Source of the DNA: Candidatus Eiseniibacteriota bacterium
GTDB lineage: Bacteria; Eisenbacteria; RBG-16-71-46
DNA: 64,000 bases
Assembly: GCA_963717505.1 (NCBI GenBank)
Contig: OY970342.1
Location: 1,824,001-1,888,000 of the forward strand
Reading direction: 5' to 3'
Under the pieces are notes generated by a model. The model was not told where the DNA came from, made no database searches, and worked only from the letters and a program-made list of their open reading frames with translations. Positions within the stretch are counted from its first letter, which is position 1. The number at the start of each line of letters is the position of its first letter. The position numbers and the translations under genes were made by a program. This document shows positions 47,522 to 58,106 of this stretch, piece after piece.

Positions 47522-49960
47522 TTATCGGACCACCACCAGCTTGCCGGTCACGGCACCTTCGGCGCCATCGAGTCGAAGACCATAGAGTCCTGGCGCCAGC
47601 CGTCGCGCGTCGAGGCGCGCCTCGTGAGATCCGGCCTCGAGCCAGACGTCGTCGAGCGGACGCGCCACTTCGCGGCCCTGGATGTCGAAGAGCCGGAGCG
47701 TGACGGTTCCGGCGCGGCCGAGGACGAAACGCGCACGCGATTCGACCCGGACGGGATTCGGCGTGAGGGTCAAACTCGTGCGCGGCAGGATGGGGGCGTC
47801 GACACCGACGATCGCAAACGTCTGGTCGTCGAGGAACGCGATATTGGGGTGATGGAAGTTGTTCACGGTTTTGAAGCTGCCGCAGACGGCAACGATGTGA
47901 AACTCTGTGTTCGATTGAGTTGTGATGTCCGCGGGTACGCCGTCGAGTGTCGGAGCCCAGACCAGCAAAGGCTTGGGGCCTGGCGCCTGTCCATCGGCGA
48001 TGAAGGCGGCGAGGAACTCCCTCGGCTGGCCTTGAACGGCGTAGAATTCGCCGCCGATGTACAGCCGACCGAGCGCGAGCCTCATCGCAGTCACCACTCC
48101 ATCCGGGTTCGGTGACCAGGGTTCGGCGGCCCCGGTCGAGACGTGGAACGCGAGCAGGAACTGGCGATCGAACACGCCGAATTGCTGAAAAGCCCCACCC
48201 GCGTAGACGATCTCGTCCCCGGCCTCGACGGCTAGAACAGTAGCCCCCAGCGCGGCGGAGTCGGGAGGAAACGGCGTCCACGACGTGGCCACGCCGGCGT
48301 CGGCGTTGACCTGTCCGAGTCCGTTGCGGGGGCTGCCGCGCAGCGTGTCGAACGACCCGGCCACATAGACCCGCTCGCTGTCGACCTCCTTGATGTCGTA
48401 AACGTGGCCCGTGTTTGGCGGGCTCAGGAATTCGGGCCGAACACCGCCACCCAGGTCGAGGGCGGCCAGCCCCTGACTCGGGTCTCCGCCGATCGAGCTG
48501 AATGCGCCGCCCACCCATATGTGCCCGGTTCTGTAGCCGAGGGCGTTCACCGGGGAATTCACCGCCGGCGCCCATGACGACAAGTTCCCGACGACGTCGA
48601 TGACCGCGAAGTTGCTGCGCGGCTGTCCGGCCGCCGCCGTGAAGCTGCCGCCGACGAGTAACCAGGGGAACGCGAGCTCGAGCTCCATCACCGTGCCCGT
48701 CACCCCCGGATTGAACGCGTGTGCTTTGCCGCGGTCGGCTGAAGCGGGATTGGTGATGATCGCCGCGAGGTTCTGACGCGCGACCCAACCGACCGAGAAG
48801 AAGTTGCCGCCGATGAACGCTCGGGTCGGGTCGACGGCGACCGCGTGGACCGGGCCTGCGGCATTCGGATTCCAGCTGCCCGCGAAATCGTCGGCGGTCG
48901 AAAGGTTCGCGGCTCCGTTGCGCGGTGCGTTCCCGGCGTTCGCGAAGTCTCCGCCAATCCAAAGTTGACCGGCAATGAAAAGAATGGTCCGCACGCGCGC
49001 ATCGGCGCCCGGATTCCAGGGGCGCAGCACCGAAAGTGTGAGGTCGAATGCCGTCAGCCGCTGTCGGGACTGACCCAGGACCGTGGTGAAGTCGCCGACC
49101 ATGTAGACGTTGGATGGATCGGCGGTGAACGCGAACACTTCTCCGTTGACGTTGGTCGCCGGGGCGAGGGTCCCCGACGACGTGATGATCGCGAGATTGG
49201 TGCGGGGCTGACCGCCGACCATCGAGAACAGGCCGCCGATCGCGAGGTTCAGCCCCGAGCGGAACACCGCGTTCACCGGGCCGTTGACGTTTGGATTCCA
49301 GGTCTGCAGCGCTCCGGTGGCGGGATGGAGCGCCGCCACGCGGTTGCGGGTCGTGCCGCCGATCGCGGTGAACTCGCCGCCGACGTAGATCAGGCTCGAG
49401 AAGGAGCCGAGGAAACGCACGCTGCCGTTGGCGCCCGGATCCCAGGAGTTGACCGCACCGCTCGCGGGGTCCAGGGCAGCGAGTCGCGACCGGGCGACCC
49501 CTGCGATCGTGGTGAAGTCCCCGCCGACGTAGAGCATCCCGCCGGAGAGCAGGATGCTGCGCACGGTGGCATCCGGTTGCGGCGCCCAGGCCGTTACGTT
49601 GCCCGTGGCGTCGATGTGGGCGAGACAGCGGCGAGTGATCCCGCGGATGGTGGTGAACGATCCACCCAGGAACCATCCACCCGACCCGTCGGCAACCACC
49701 GCATGCACGACACCATTGATGTGGAGAGGTGGACCCTCCAGGGCCCCGGTCGACCGGTTCGTGACGGCACCACTCCCGGTGGGTGGGCCCACGCGCTGGA
49801 ATTGGCCGCCGATGAACATGAGGTCGAAATAGGGCTCGACCGCGTACACCGGCCCGTCGGTCACCCAGAACGACTCGTGGAGAGACTGTGCCGAGACGGA
49901 CATCGGCACCGTCAGGAACAGAAGGAAGGCGAAGACGAGATGACTCGGTCTTGGGATCAT
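47522..49960 (-). CDS. Secreted beta-propeller repeat protein with C-terminal sorting domain
   Basis: Repeats of YVGGxFxxIGGxxRxxLAAxD...WNPxxNGxV; C-terminal TPNP...FDIQGREV...PGLYGLRL. Confidence 0.82.
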   Translation of the reverse strand: MIPRPSHLVFAFLLFLTVPMSVSAQSLHESFWVTDGPVYAVEPYFDLMFIGGQFQRVGPPTGSGAVTNRSTGALEGPPLHINGVVHAVVADGSGGWFLGGSFTTIRGITRRCLAHIDATGNVTAWAPQPDATVRSILLSGGMLYVGGDFTTIAGVARSRLAALDPASGAVNSWDPGANGSVRFLGSFSSLIYVGGEFTAIGGTTRNRVAALHPATGALQTWNPNVNGPVNAVFRSGLNLAIGGLFSMVGGQPRTNLAIITSSGTLAPATNVNGEVFAFTADPSNVYMVGDFTTVLGQSRQRLTAFDLTLSVLRPWNPGADARVRTILFIAGQLWIGGDFANAGNAPRNGAANLSTADDFAGSWNPNAAGPVHAVAVDPTRAFIGGNFFSVGWVARQNLAAIITNPASADRGKAHAFNPGVTGTVMELELAFPWLLVGGSFTAAAGQPRSNFAVIDVVGNLSSWAPAVNSPVNALGYRTGHIWVGGAFSSIGGDPSQGLAALDLGGGVRPEFLSPPNTGHVYDIKEVDSERVYVAGSFDTLRGSPRNGLGQVNADAGVATSWTPFPPDSAALGATVLAVEAGDEIVYAGGAFQQFGVFDRQFLLAFHVSTGAAEPWSPNPDGVVTAMRLALGRLYIGGEFYAVQGQPREFLAAFIADGQAPGPKPLLVWAPTLDGVPADITTQSNTEFHIVAVCGSFKTVNNFHHPNIAFLDDQTFAIVGVDAPILPRTSLTLTPNPVRVESRARFVLGRAGTVTLRLFDIQGREVARPLDDVWLEAGSHEARLDARRLAPGLYGLRLDGAEGAVTGKLVVVR

Positions 49961-50060
49961 ACTCGGTTGGACGATGTTACCGGTCCGCCGTCAGCCGACC
50001 GACCGAGCCCCAGGCGAGCGGAGGCCCAGGTCCCCGAGGAGGCCGGCCGCCTCAGCATCG

Positions 50061-50109
50061 GCTTTGCGGCACAAAGTGCTTGACGGCAACACGGCTGAGC
50101 CGGTAATGT
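50061..50109 (+). promoter_or_regulatory. Palindromic operator plus sigma70 promoter
   Basis: CTTTG-N5-CAAAG (50062-50076) next to TTGACG-N18-TAATGT. Confidence 0.55.
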
Positions 50110-50119
50110 CTCGCCCGCG

Positions 50120-50740
50120 ATGGCAGACATCACGCCCCTTCGACCTCACCGGCGGCCCGACGAGCCGCCCGCGCTTTCCGAACACGCGATCGACGACCTG
50201 CGCTTCATCCGTCAGACGATGGAGCGTGCCGGTGTGTTCACCGCGGTCCCGGGCTGGGGCATGGTGGTGGTCGGCGCCACCGCGTGCGCCGCGGCGTTCT
50301 TCGCCGCGCGCGAAACCACCCCGGCGCTCTGGCTGACGGTGTGGAGCGTCGAGGCGGTGGCGGCGCTGGTCATCGGGCTCGCGGCCATGGCGCACAAGTC
50401 GCGCATGGCAGGCGTGTCCGTGTTCGCCGGCACCAGTCGCCGGTTCTTCCTGAGCTTCTCGCTGCCGCTGGTCGCGGCAGCCGTCCTGACCGTCGCGTTG
50501 TTTCGTGCCGGAATGGCCTCGCTGCTCCCCGGCGTGTGGCTCCTGCTCTACGGCACCGCGTTCGTCTCCGGCGGCGCATTCTCGGTGCCGATCGTCCGCG
50601 TGCTCGGGTTCTGCTTCCTGGCCATCGGCGTCGTCACGCTCGCCGCCCCGACGTCGTGGGGCAATCCGATCATGGCCGCCACGTTCGGCGGACTCCACCT
50701 GGTCTTCGGCGTCGTGATCGCGAGGCGCTACGGTGGCTAG
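50120..50740 (+). CDS. Multi-pass membrane protein (about 6 TM)
   Basis: AIDDLRFIRQTMERA, WLLLYG, FGGLHLVFG; typical partner of the adjacent wHTH regulator. Confidence 0.8.
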   Translation: MADITPLRPHRRPDEPPALSEHAIDDLRFIRQTMERAGVFTAVPGWGMVVVGATACAAAFFAARETTPALWLTVWSVEAVAALVIGLAAMAHKSRMAGVSVFAGTSRRFFLSFSLPLVAAAVLTVALFRAGMASLLPGVWLLLYGTAFVSGGAFSVPIVRVLGFCFLAIGVVTLAAPTSWGNPIMAATFGGLHLVFGVVIARRYGG

Positions 50741-51101
50741 AGCCGGAGCTCTGAAACGCGGTCGGGGCGCCGCCGGCGCGCTCGGCCGTGCCGCCCCGCC
50801 CGAGCCCGCCCACGCGCTCGACCGCATCATCCACGAGCGGACCCGGCTCGGCATGGTCAGTGCCCTCGCGGTCAACGACTCGCTCACGTTCTCGGAACTC
50901 AAGACCTTGCTGGGATCGACCGATGGAAACCTCAGCGTGCACGCCCGCAAGCTCGAGCTGGCCACCTACGTCACGTGCACCAAGCAGTTCGAAGGGCGGG
51001 TGCCCAAGACCCGCTACCGGCTGACGGCCGCCGGCCGCCGTGCGCTCGAGGCCTATCTGAACCACATGGAGGCGCTCATCCGTGTCACGCGCTCGCGATG
51101 A
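50733..51101 (+). CDS. Winged-helix transcriptional regulator (HTH_34/ArsR-MarR-like)
   Basis: [38 protein letters not shown]. Confidence 0.9.
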   Translation: MARAGALKRGRGAAGALGRAAPPEPAHALDRIIHERTRLGMVSALAVNDSLTFSELKTLLGSTDGNLSVHARKLELATYVTCTKQFEGRVPKTRYRLTAAGRRALEAYLNHMEALIRVTRSR

Positions 51102-51921
51102 CTCGCGGCACCGCCCGGCGGTGAACGGCGGGCACGCCAACGGCAACGGCGTGGTGAACGGCGCGCGCCCAGCCACCCATGCGACCCGCCGCGAAGCCGC
51201 CCACGAGCCGATCGAGTTCCGCGGTCTGCACGTGGCCTGCATCATGGACGGCAACGGCCGCTGGGCGACCTCGCGGAACATGCCGCGGGTCGCCGGCCAT
51301 CGTGCCGGCGTCGAGACCGTGCGCGCGATCGTCGAGGCCGCACCCGGGTTCGGCATCGGCACACTGACGCTCTACGCGTTCTCGTCCGACAACTGGCAGC
51401 GCCCGCGGCGCGAAGTCGCCGCCCTGCTCGATCTGCTGCGCCAGTACATCCGGCGCGAGACCGAGCGCTGCGTCCGTGACGGCGTGCGGGTCTCGTTCAT
51501 CGGCCGGCGCGACCGGCTGAGCGATGCCGTCGTCCGCTCGATGGAGCAGATGGAGGCGGCGACGCTCGCGGGTCGCAACCTGCACCTGCGGGTCGCCGTC
51601 GACTATTCGTCGCGCGACGCGATCCTGCGCGCCGCCGCGCGCGCGCCGGCGGGCATCGAGCTGGATCGCGACCAGTTCCTGCACATGCTCGCCGATGGCG
51701 ATCCGCCGGTGATCCGACCGCGCTACGTCGACCTGATGGTGCGCACCGGCGGCGAGCAGCGGCTGTCGGACTTCCTGCTATGGGAGTGCGCCTACGCCGA
51801 GCTGTACTTCACGCCCCAGCTGTGGCCGGACTTCGCCGCCCAGGACCTGGAGCGCGCGGTGGCCGAGTACCACCGGCGTGACCGGCGCTTTGGCCGCGTT
51901 CCCGACGCGGCCGTCAGCTAG
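51082..51921 (+). CDS. uppS: cis-prenyltransferase (UppS-like isoprenyl transferase)
   Basis: [47 protein letters not shown]; start uncertain (51082/51121). Confidence 0.88.
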   Translation: MSRARDDSRHRPAVNGGHANGNGVVNGARPATHATRREAAHEPIEFRGLHVACIMDGNGRWATSRNMPRVAGHRAGVETVRAIVEAAPGFGIGTLTLYAFSSDNWQRPRREVAALLDLLRQYIRRETERCVRDGVRVSFIGRRDRLSDAVVRSMEQMEAATLAGRNLHLRVAVDYSSRDAILRAAARAPAGIELDRDQFLHMLADGDPPVIRPRYVDLMVRTGGEQRLSDFLLWECAYAELYFTPQLWPDFAAQDLERAVAEYHRRDRRFGRVPDAAVS

Positions 51922-52022
51922 CCAAAGCACACCTGCCGGAACACCAATCGACGGACCGCTGCGCCGCGAACGTTACTGCACACTTGTGCCCGTGACGGAT
52001 ATGAGCCTAGAATGCGGCCGCC

Positions 52023-52919
52023 ATGCGCGTGGAGTACCGCGAGGAGCCCTGCCGGACCGCTCTCAACGAAGTCCGCGGGATGCCGTTCCGGTGGTCGCTC
52101 AACCCCTACACCGGATGCGCGCACCGCTGCGCCTTCTGCTACGTGCGCGCCTTCGAGCAGCGCGCCGACCGTCCGGCCGATGGCCGATACGGGTGGTCGA
52201 TCCGGGTCAAGATCAACGTCGCCGACGTGCTGCGCACCGAGCTGGCCCGCCGTTCCTGGCAGCGCGAGACCGTGGTGCTCGGCGCCGCGACCGATCCCTA
52301 CCAGCCGGCCGAGGGGCGATACCGTCTGACTCGCCGATGCATGGAGGTCCTGTCGGCTGCGAGCAATCCGTTCGGTCTCATCACGCGTGGCCCCCTGATC
52401 GTCCGAGATCGCGACGTGCTCCAGGAGGCCTCGAAACGCGCCAAGGTCTCGGTGCATCTGTCGGTGCCGACCGTCGATCCCGACGTCTGGAGCAGGACCG
52501 AGCCCGGAACCGCGCCTCCGCACCAACGCCTGCGCGCCGTGCGCATGCTGGTCGACGCCGGGATCGACGCCGGAGTCGCGATGGCGCCGATCCTGCCCGG
52601 GATCTCGGATCGACCGGATCAGCTCGAAGCGGTGGTGCGCGCGGCACGCGATGCCGGTGCTACGCGATTGTGGGGTGGGGCGGTCTACCTGCGTCCGGGA
52701 ACGCGTGAGCACTTCTTCGAGACGCTGGCCCGGCACTGGCCCGAGCAGCTGGGGGAGTACCAGTCGATGTTCCGGGAGCGCGCGTACCTGCCGACCGCCC
52801 GGACCAAGGCGATCTCCGACCAGGTCCACGAGCTCAAACAACTTCACGGCATTCGCGATCGTCGGCTTCACCCGCTGCGACCGCCGCCCGGGCCGGACCA
52901 GCTCGAGTTGGCGGTCTGA
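52023..52919 (+). CDS. Radical SAM protein, spore photoproduct lyase-like / Rv2578c family
   Basis: NPYTGCAHRCAFCY, TDPYQPAE, EPGTAPP..RL, APILPGISD. Confidence 0.9.
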   Translation: MRVEYREEPCRTALNEVRGMPFRWSLNPYTGCAHRCAFCYVRAFEQRADRPADGRYGWSIRVKINVADVLRTELARRSWQRETVVLGAATDPYQPAEGRYRLTRRCMEVLSAASNPFGLITRGPLIVRDRDVLQEASKRAKVSVHLSVPTVDPDVWSRTEPGTAPPHQRLRAVRMLVDAGIDAGVAMAPILPGISDRPDQLEAVVRAARDAGATRLWGGAVYLRPGTREHFFETLARHWPEQLGEYQSMFRERAYLPTARTKAISDQVHELKQLHGIRDRRLHPLRPPPGPDQLELAV

Positions 52920-53050
52920 CCCAAAGCTTCTTGGGGCGCTGCGGGGTGGAAGAGTAAGCTCGGGCCACGAACAGGACGTTCGGATGCTCCCCGCATCACG
53001 AGCCGACGCTCGTCCACGCGCCCGCGAGTTCGGCTGCTCAGGAGTGAGCC

Positions 53051-54385
53051 ATGCGTCTGGACCTGCGGTTCCCGCTGCTCGCCCTTGCCCTGCTCACGTT
53101 GTCGTGCGCCAGCTCGTCGCAACTGGCCAGGCGTGCTGACCGTGCGCTTCAGAAGCAGGATTTCGACAAGGCCTATCGCGAGGCCAGGGCCTCGCTCGAC
53201 AAGGACTTCTCGAACCAGCACGCGCGCGAGGTCATGTCGGCCGCGGCGGACGTGCTGATCCGCAGACAACAGCAGGGCATATTGAGTGTCGCCGACTACG
53301 ACACGCTCGCGGCCGCCGAACAGCTACTGGATCTGCGCGGGTTCGTCGACGAGGTGCGCCGCTACGAAGCGGAGCTGCCGATGAACCCCGAGTTCGACGA
53401 GGCTGCGCGTCGCATTCGCCAGGGTGCGGCGGGCTACCTCTACGCCGCCGGCCGCGCCTACGAGGACGCCGGGAGATTCCGCCAGGCGTACCGCAGCTTC
53501 GAATCCGCGATCCGCTTCGTGCCCGGCTACTCGGATCTCGGCACCCGCATGCCCACGGTGTTCGAGCAGGCGCTGATTCGCGTCGCGGTCGTCCCGTTCC
53601 TCGACGAGACCGGGCTGCCGCTGCTGGCTCTCGAGCTGGACGCGCAGATGATGGCCGAGCTGGCGCGGCCCCTGGGCGAGACGCGCTTCACCGAGCTGAT
53701 CCCGAGCGCACAGGTGCGCGCTCACATGGAATCCGGCGATGAGGGAGACCTTTCGCGCGATCGGGCGCTGGCGGTCGGCAAGGCGGCGGGCGCCGGCGTG
53801 GTCGTGTGGGGTCGCCTGCGCGGACTGCGCAGCGAACATCACGTCGACCACTACCACGGACACCTCTATCGAAAGACCTCGTATGAAGACACCTCGGGTG
53901 TCGAGGTCGACCGCTACCACGAGGTTCCGTTCGACGCGACGCACCGGCGGCGCGAGGTCGAGCTGCGCTGGGAATCGGAGGCCATCGACGTCGCCACCGG
54001 CGGCACGCTGCTTCGCGACGGCGGCGAGGCGAAGGCCTGGGCGCGCACCGTGTACTCCGATTTCGGCGGCGAGGGCGATCCTGACGATTACTGTCTCTAC
54101 ACGTCGGACATGCGCCGGCAGGATTGGGCGCGGTGCGACCGCCTCGACAACGATTGGCACGAGGTCTTCGGTCGATGGTCCGTGCCCCAATTCCTCGAGC
54201 AGACCCGCGAGCACCACGACCGGCGTCAGTACCGGTCCCAATATCGAGGGGAGTTCCGCCGAGGCCGGGGCGGCGACCCCTTCTACCTCGACGACCTGCC
54301 GGTGACGTCGGACCTCGCGCTGCTCGCACTGAGCGAAGTCCCGAGCCGGGTGCTCACGGGCCTGCTCGAGTTGGAGAACCGATGA
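53051..54385 (+). CDS. Hypothetical lipoprotein (TPR-like plus CsgG/LpoB-like region)
   Basis: Lipobox LTLSC; helical repeats; RVAVVPF. Confidence 0.65.
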   Translation: MRLDLRFPLLALALLTLSCASSSQLARRADRALQKQDFDKAYREARASLDKDFSNQHAREVMSAAADVLIRRQQQGILSVADYDTLAAAEQLLDLRGFVDEVRRYEAELPMNPEFDEAARRIRQGAAGYLYAAGRAYEDAGRFRQAYRSFESAIRFVPGYSDLGTRMPTVFEQALIRVAVVPFLDETGLPLLALELDAQMMAELARPLGETRFTELIPSAQVRAHMESGDEGDLSRDRALAVGKAAGAGVVVWGRLRGLRSEHHVDHYHGHLYRKTSYEDTSGVEVDRYHEVPFDATHRRREVELRWESEAIDVATGGTLLRDGGEAKAWARTVYSDFGGEGDPDDYCLYTSDMRRQDWARCDRLDNDWHEVFGRWSVPQFLEQTREHHDRRQYRSQYRGEFRRGRGGDPFYLDDLPVTSDLALLALSEVPSRVLTGLLELENR

Positions 54386-55164
54386 CCACATCGAGATGCG
54401 CTGTAATCACGGGAGCCGCCCAAGGAATCGGACGCAGGACTGCCGAGACGTTCGGCCAGGCCGGCTACCGCCTGGCGCTCATCGACCTGCGCATGCCCGA
54501 AGCAACGCTCGATTCACTCCGCTCACTCGGCGCGGAGGCCTTCGCCCACACCGGGGATATCACGAAGGAAGACGTCATCGAGGTTTTCGCGCACGAGGTG
54601 CACGACCGCTTTGGCCCTGCGGATGCGCTGGTGAACAACGCCGGCATCGCATTCATTTCGCCGGCCGAGCTCACGTCCGCTGCCGACTATCGACACGTTC
54701 TGGAGGTGAACCTGGTCGCCCCGTTCCTCCTCGCCAAGGCGTTCGGCACACGAATGCTGGCGGCGCAGCGCGGCAGCATCGTCAACGTGGCCTCGGTCGC
54801 TGGATTGGTCGGCGTCGCCGATCGCGCCGCCTACAACGCCTCGAAGCACGGGTTGATCGGACTGACTCGCACACTCGCCGCCGAATGGGGCGGGCGCGGC
54901 GTTCGCGTGAATGCCGTGTGCCCCGGCTGGGTCAAGACCGAGATGGATGTGGTCTCTCAGACCGAAGGGCACTATTCCGACAGCGACATCACCGGCCGCG
55001 TGCCCATGGGCCGCTTCGCCTCGCCCGATGACGTCGCCAACGCGATCCTGTTCCTCGCCGATGGCACGAAGAGCGCCTTCATCAACGGCGCGGCACTCAC
55101 GGTCGACGGTGGCTGGACGGCCGACGGCGGCTGGGAGTCGTTACGTCACAGCCACCGGTCATGA
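54382..55164 (+). CDS. SDR family oxidoreductase
   Basis: TGAAQGIG, NNAG, YNASK, VNAVCPG, VDGG. Confidence 0.93.
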   Translation: MTTSRCAVITGAAQGIGRRTAETFGQAGYRLALIDLRMPEATLDSLRSLGAEAFAHTGDITKEDVIEVFAHEVHDRFGPADALVNNAGIAFISPAELTSAADYRHVLEVNLVAPFLLAKAFGTRMLAAQRGSIVNVASVAGLVGVADRAAYNASKHGLIGLTRTLAAEWGGRGVRVNAVCPGWVKTEMDVVSQTEGHYSDSDITGRVPMGRFASPDDVANAILFLADGTKSAFINGAALTVDGGWTADGGWESLRHSHRS

Positions 55165-55184
55165 AGTGCCGGGTGCTCTGACCG

Positions 55185-55700
55185 CTACGGCAGGTTCGAG
55201 CGCGGGTCGCTCGGCGGCAGGTCCTGGCGGCCGTGGCCGAGCGCGTGGGTGACGGCGGTCCCGGCTTCCTCCCAGAAGCTGTAGTCCGGGTACTTGCCGG
55301 GGCCGTCGATCAGCAGGTCTTCCTTCTCGTAGATCAGCTCGCGGCCATCGGTCTCGGCCATCTCGAAGTCGGTGGTCATCTGGAGCGCCAGCGTCGGGCA
55401 GGCTTCGGCGCACAGTCCGCAGAAGATGCAGCGGTTGAAGTTGATGCGGAATGCCGAGGGGTAGCGGCGGCCGTCTTCGCGCTCGGCGGGCTGGATGGTG
55501 ATGCAGTCGACCGGGCACGACGCGCTGCACAGGTGGCAGGCGACGCAGCGCTCCTCGCCGCTCGGGTCGCGGGTCAGCACGATGCGCCCGCGGTAGCGGA
55601 ACGGTACGTCGGGCTTCTGCTCCGGGTACTGGATCGTCACCGGCTTCTTGAACATCTGGCGCAGCGTCACGCCCATTCCGGTGATGATTTCTTTCAGCAT
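55185..55700 (-). CDS. nuoI: NADH-quinone oxidoreductase subunit I
   Basis: [30 protein letters not shown]. Confidence 0.95.
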   Translation of the reverse strand: MLKEIITGMGVTLRQMFKKPVTIQYPEQKPDVPFRYRGRIVLTRDPSGEERCVACHLCSASCPVDCITIQPAEREDGRRYPSAFRINFNRCIFCGLCAEACPTLALQMTTDFEMAETDGRELIYEKEDLLIDGPGKYPDYSFWEEAGTAVTHALGHGRQDLPPSDPRSNLP

Positions 55701-55716
55701 CGGTTCCCCGTGGGCG

Positions 55717-58106
55717 TCAGGCGGTGGCGAGCGACGCGATTCGAGCGACCGCGCCCTGGGCGGTGCCGGCGGGCCACGCCACATCGCGTGAGAGCAGCAG
55801 TGTACCCGCGGGCACCGTCGCATGCACGCGGACCGCGAACTCGATCGTCGCGCCATTCAACGTCAGCGCAGTGCTACCGCCGTTTCCGAAACGCTGGGCG
55901 TCGGCGGCCGATACGTACGCGAGCGCCGGGCCGGCCATCTTCTGGATCGGTGCCGAGACGCGCGAGAGCAGTTCGCTGCCCAGCGTGCGATCCATGCGAT
56001 AGACCGCGAGGCCATCGCCCGACGATGCGAACGCGGGAGCCGCGGACGCTGGAGCCTCGAGCGCCGTGAGGTCGAGGCGCACGCCTTCGCTGCCGGCCTG
56101 GAGGTCGGCGAGCGGCGCCCAGAGCGGGGTCGCCCGCGCGCATGCGGTGCGCAGCTCGGCGAGCGAACGCGCCCGCGGCTGCCCGACCGCCGACACGCGA
56201 AGCGCCTCGAGCGCTTCCCACGCCATGCGCGCCGAACTCTCGGGCGGAGCCACGTGGTAGTCGCGCGGGAAATCCTCGTTCTGAACGCGATCGCGCACCG
56301 AGAGTCCGGGCAGCCGCGCCGGCGCGAATGCCTGGAGCCGTCCGCCGCGGTTCACGTAGCTGCCCTGGGACTCGTAGGTCACGGTGGTCGGCAGGAACAC
56401 GTGCGCGGCCTCGTGGAGCGTGCCCGGCAGATAGTCGAGCACCATCAACAGATCGAGCTTGCGGAGTGCCGCAACCGCTTTCGCGTCCCACGACGAAACT
56501 TCGCACTCGACCAGGACCGCCGCGCGCAACTTGCCGGCGGCGAGGTCGGCGAGGATGCCCGCGAGGCCGCTCCGGGCCATGGCCGTAGCACCGAATCCGT
56601 TGGGACCCGGGAACAGGCAGCCAAATCGCGTGGCAGCCTGGCGCACGCGCACGGCCTTCGCGAGTGCGGCGCCCGCCACGTAGGCCGGGCCGTCCATCAG
56701 GTCCGAGCCGAGCAGGATGCCGGGTCGCTGGGCGGAGCCGAGCGCATTCGCTGCGGCGTCGAGACCTTCGCCCCCGGTCGCGCCGAGCTTCGCGGTCAGG
56801 GACGCGAGTGCGGCGGCGATCTGGGTCGGCGCGGTGGAGATCACGGTCGCGACATCGTTCAGGTAGCGCTCGATCGGGCCGACGACGAACACCTTGCCGC
56901 CGCGCCGCGCCACCTGTCGTGCGGCCAGGGCGGCCATCGGTGCTTCGTCGATCAACGAGGCGCCCGCCACGAGCAGGACGTCACAGTGCGCGATATCGGC
57001 CTGATCGAGCGACTCGCAGCCGGCGGCGGTGATCGCATTCAATGCAGCGACTGCGCGAGCCTCGCGTTCGACTTCGTCGAAGTGCGCGATCTGAACACCG
57101 GCGAGCGGCCCGCTCGCCAGGGCATCGAGCGCGACGTGGGTTTCGACCGAGGCGCGAGCCGAGGTCACGAGCGCGATGCTCTGAGCACCATGCTCGCGCG
57201 CGATCGCGTGCAGCGCGCCGCCGGCCAGGCCGATTGCTGCCGGCCAGTCGCCGGTCTCGCCCTGGACCCGGATCGCCCTGGGGCGCGCGGGGTCCATGAC
57301 GTAAGCGTGCCCGAACTGGCCGCGGTCGCACATGAAGCGCCGTTGACCGCCGGGTTCTCACGCACGCGCACGCGCTGCAGCTCGCGATGGCGTGCACCGG
57401 GATGGACGTTGCAGCCGACCGAGCAGTGCGGGCACACCGACGGCGCGATCTCGAGGTCCCACACGCGCGACTTGAAGCGGAACAGCTTGTCGGTGAACAC
57501 GCCGGTCGGGCACATCTCGACCAGGTTGCCCGAGAACGGACTCTCGAACGGTCCGTCCTCGAAGCGGCCGAAGTAGACGCGGTCGCGGCTGCCGGTGACG
57601 CCGAAGTCGCGGCCGCCGGCGTACTCCTGGTAGAAGCGGCTGCAGCGATAGCAGGCGATGCAGCGATTCATCTCGTGGACGATGAACTCGCCCAGGAACT
57701 GGTTCTCGAACGTGCGTTTCGGGATCTTCATGCGCCGCTGCCCGTGGCCGCCGGCGATGGTCAAATCCTGAAGCTGGCACTCGCCGCCCTCGTCGCAGAT
57801 CGGGCAGTCGTGCGGGTGGTTGAGCATCAGCCACTCGATCACGCTCTTGCGCAGGGCGACCGACTCCTTGTCGAGTGTGGTGACCTCCATGCCGTCTTGC
57901 GCCGCGGTCATGCACGCCATCACCGTGCGCGGTTTGCCGTCGCTGCCGGTGACCGTGCACGCGCACACCCGGCACGAGCCGACCGCTCCGAGATCCTTGT
58001 GATAGCAGAACACCGGGATCGGCACTCCGGCCTTGAGCCCGGCCTCGACCAGGTTGGTGTTGGGCTCGACCGTGATCTTGCGGCCGTCGATCAGGATTTC
58101 AGGCAT
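55717..58106 (-). CDS. nuoG: NADH-quinone oxidoreductase subunit G (one frameshift at about 57337)
   Basis: [43 protein letters not shown]...MCDRG, split over two ORFs. Confidence 0.9.

Noticed and set aside
52968-52982. CGAAC-N5-GTTCG as a LexA box for the radical SAM gene
   Set aside because: The spacer is 5 nt rather than 4, and it lies downstream of the repair gene
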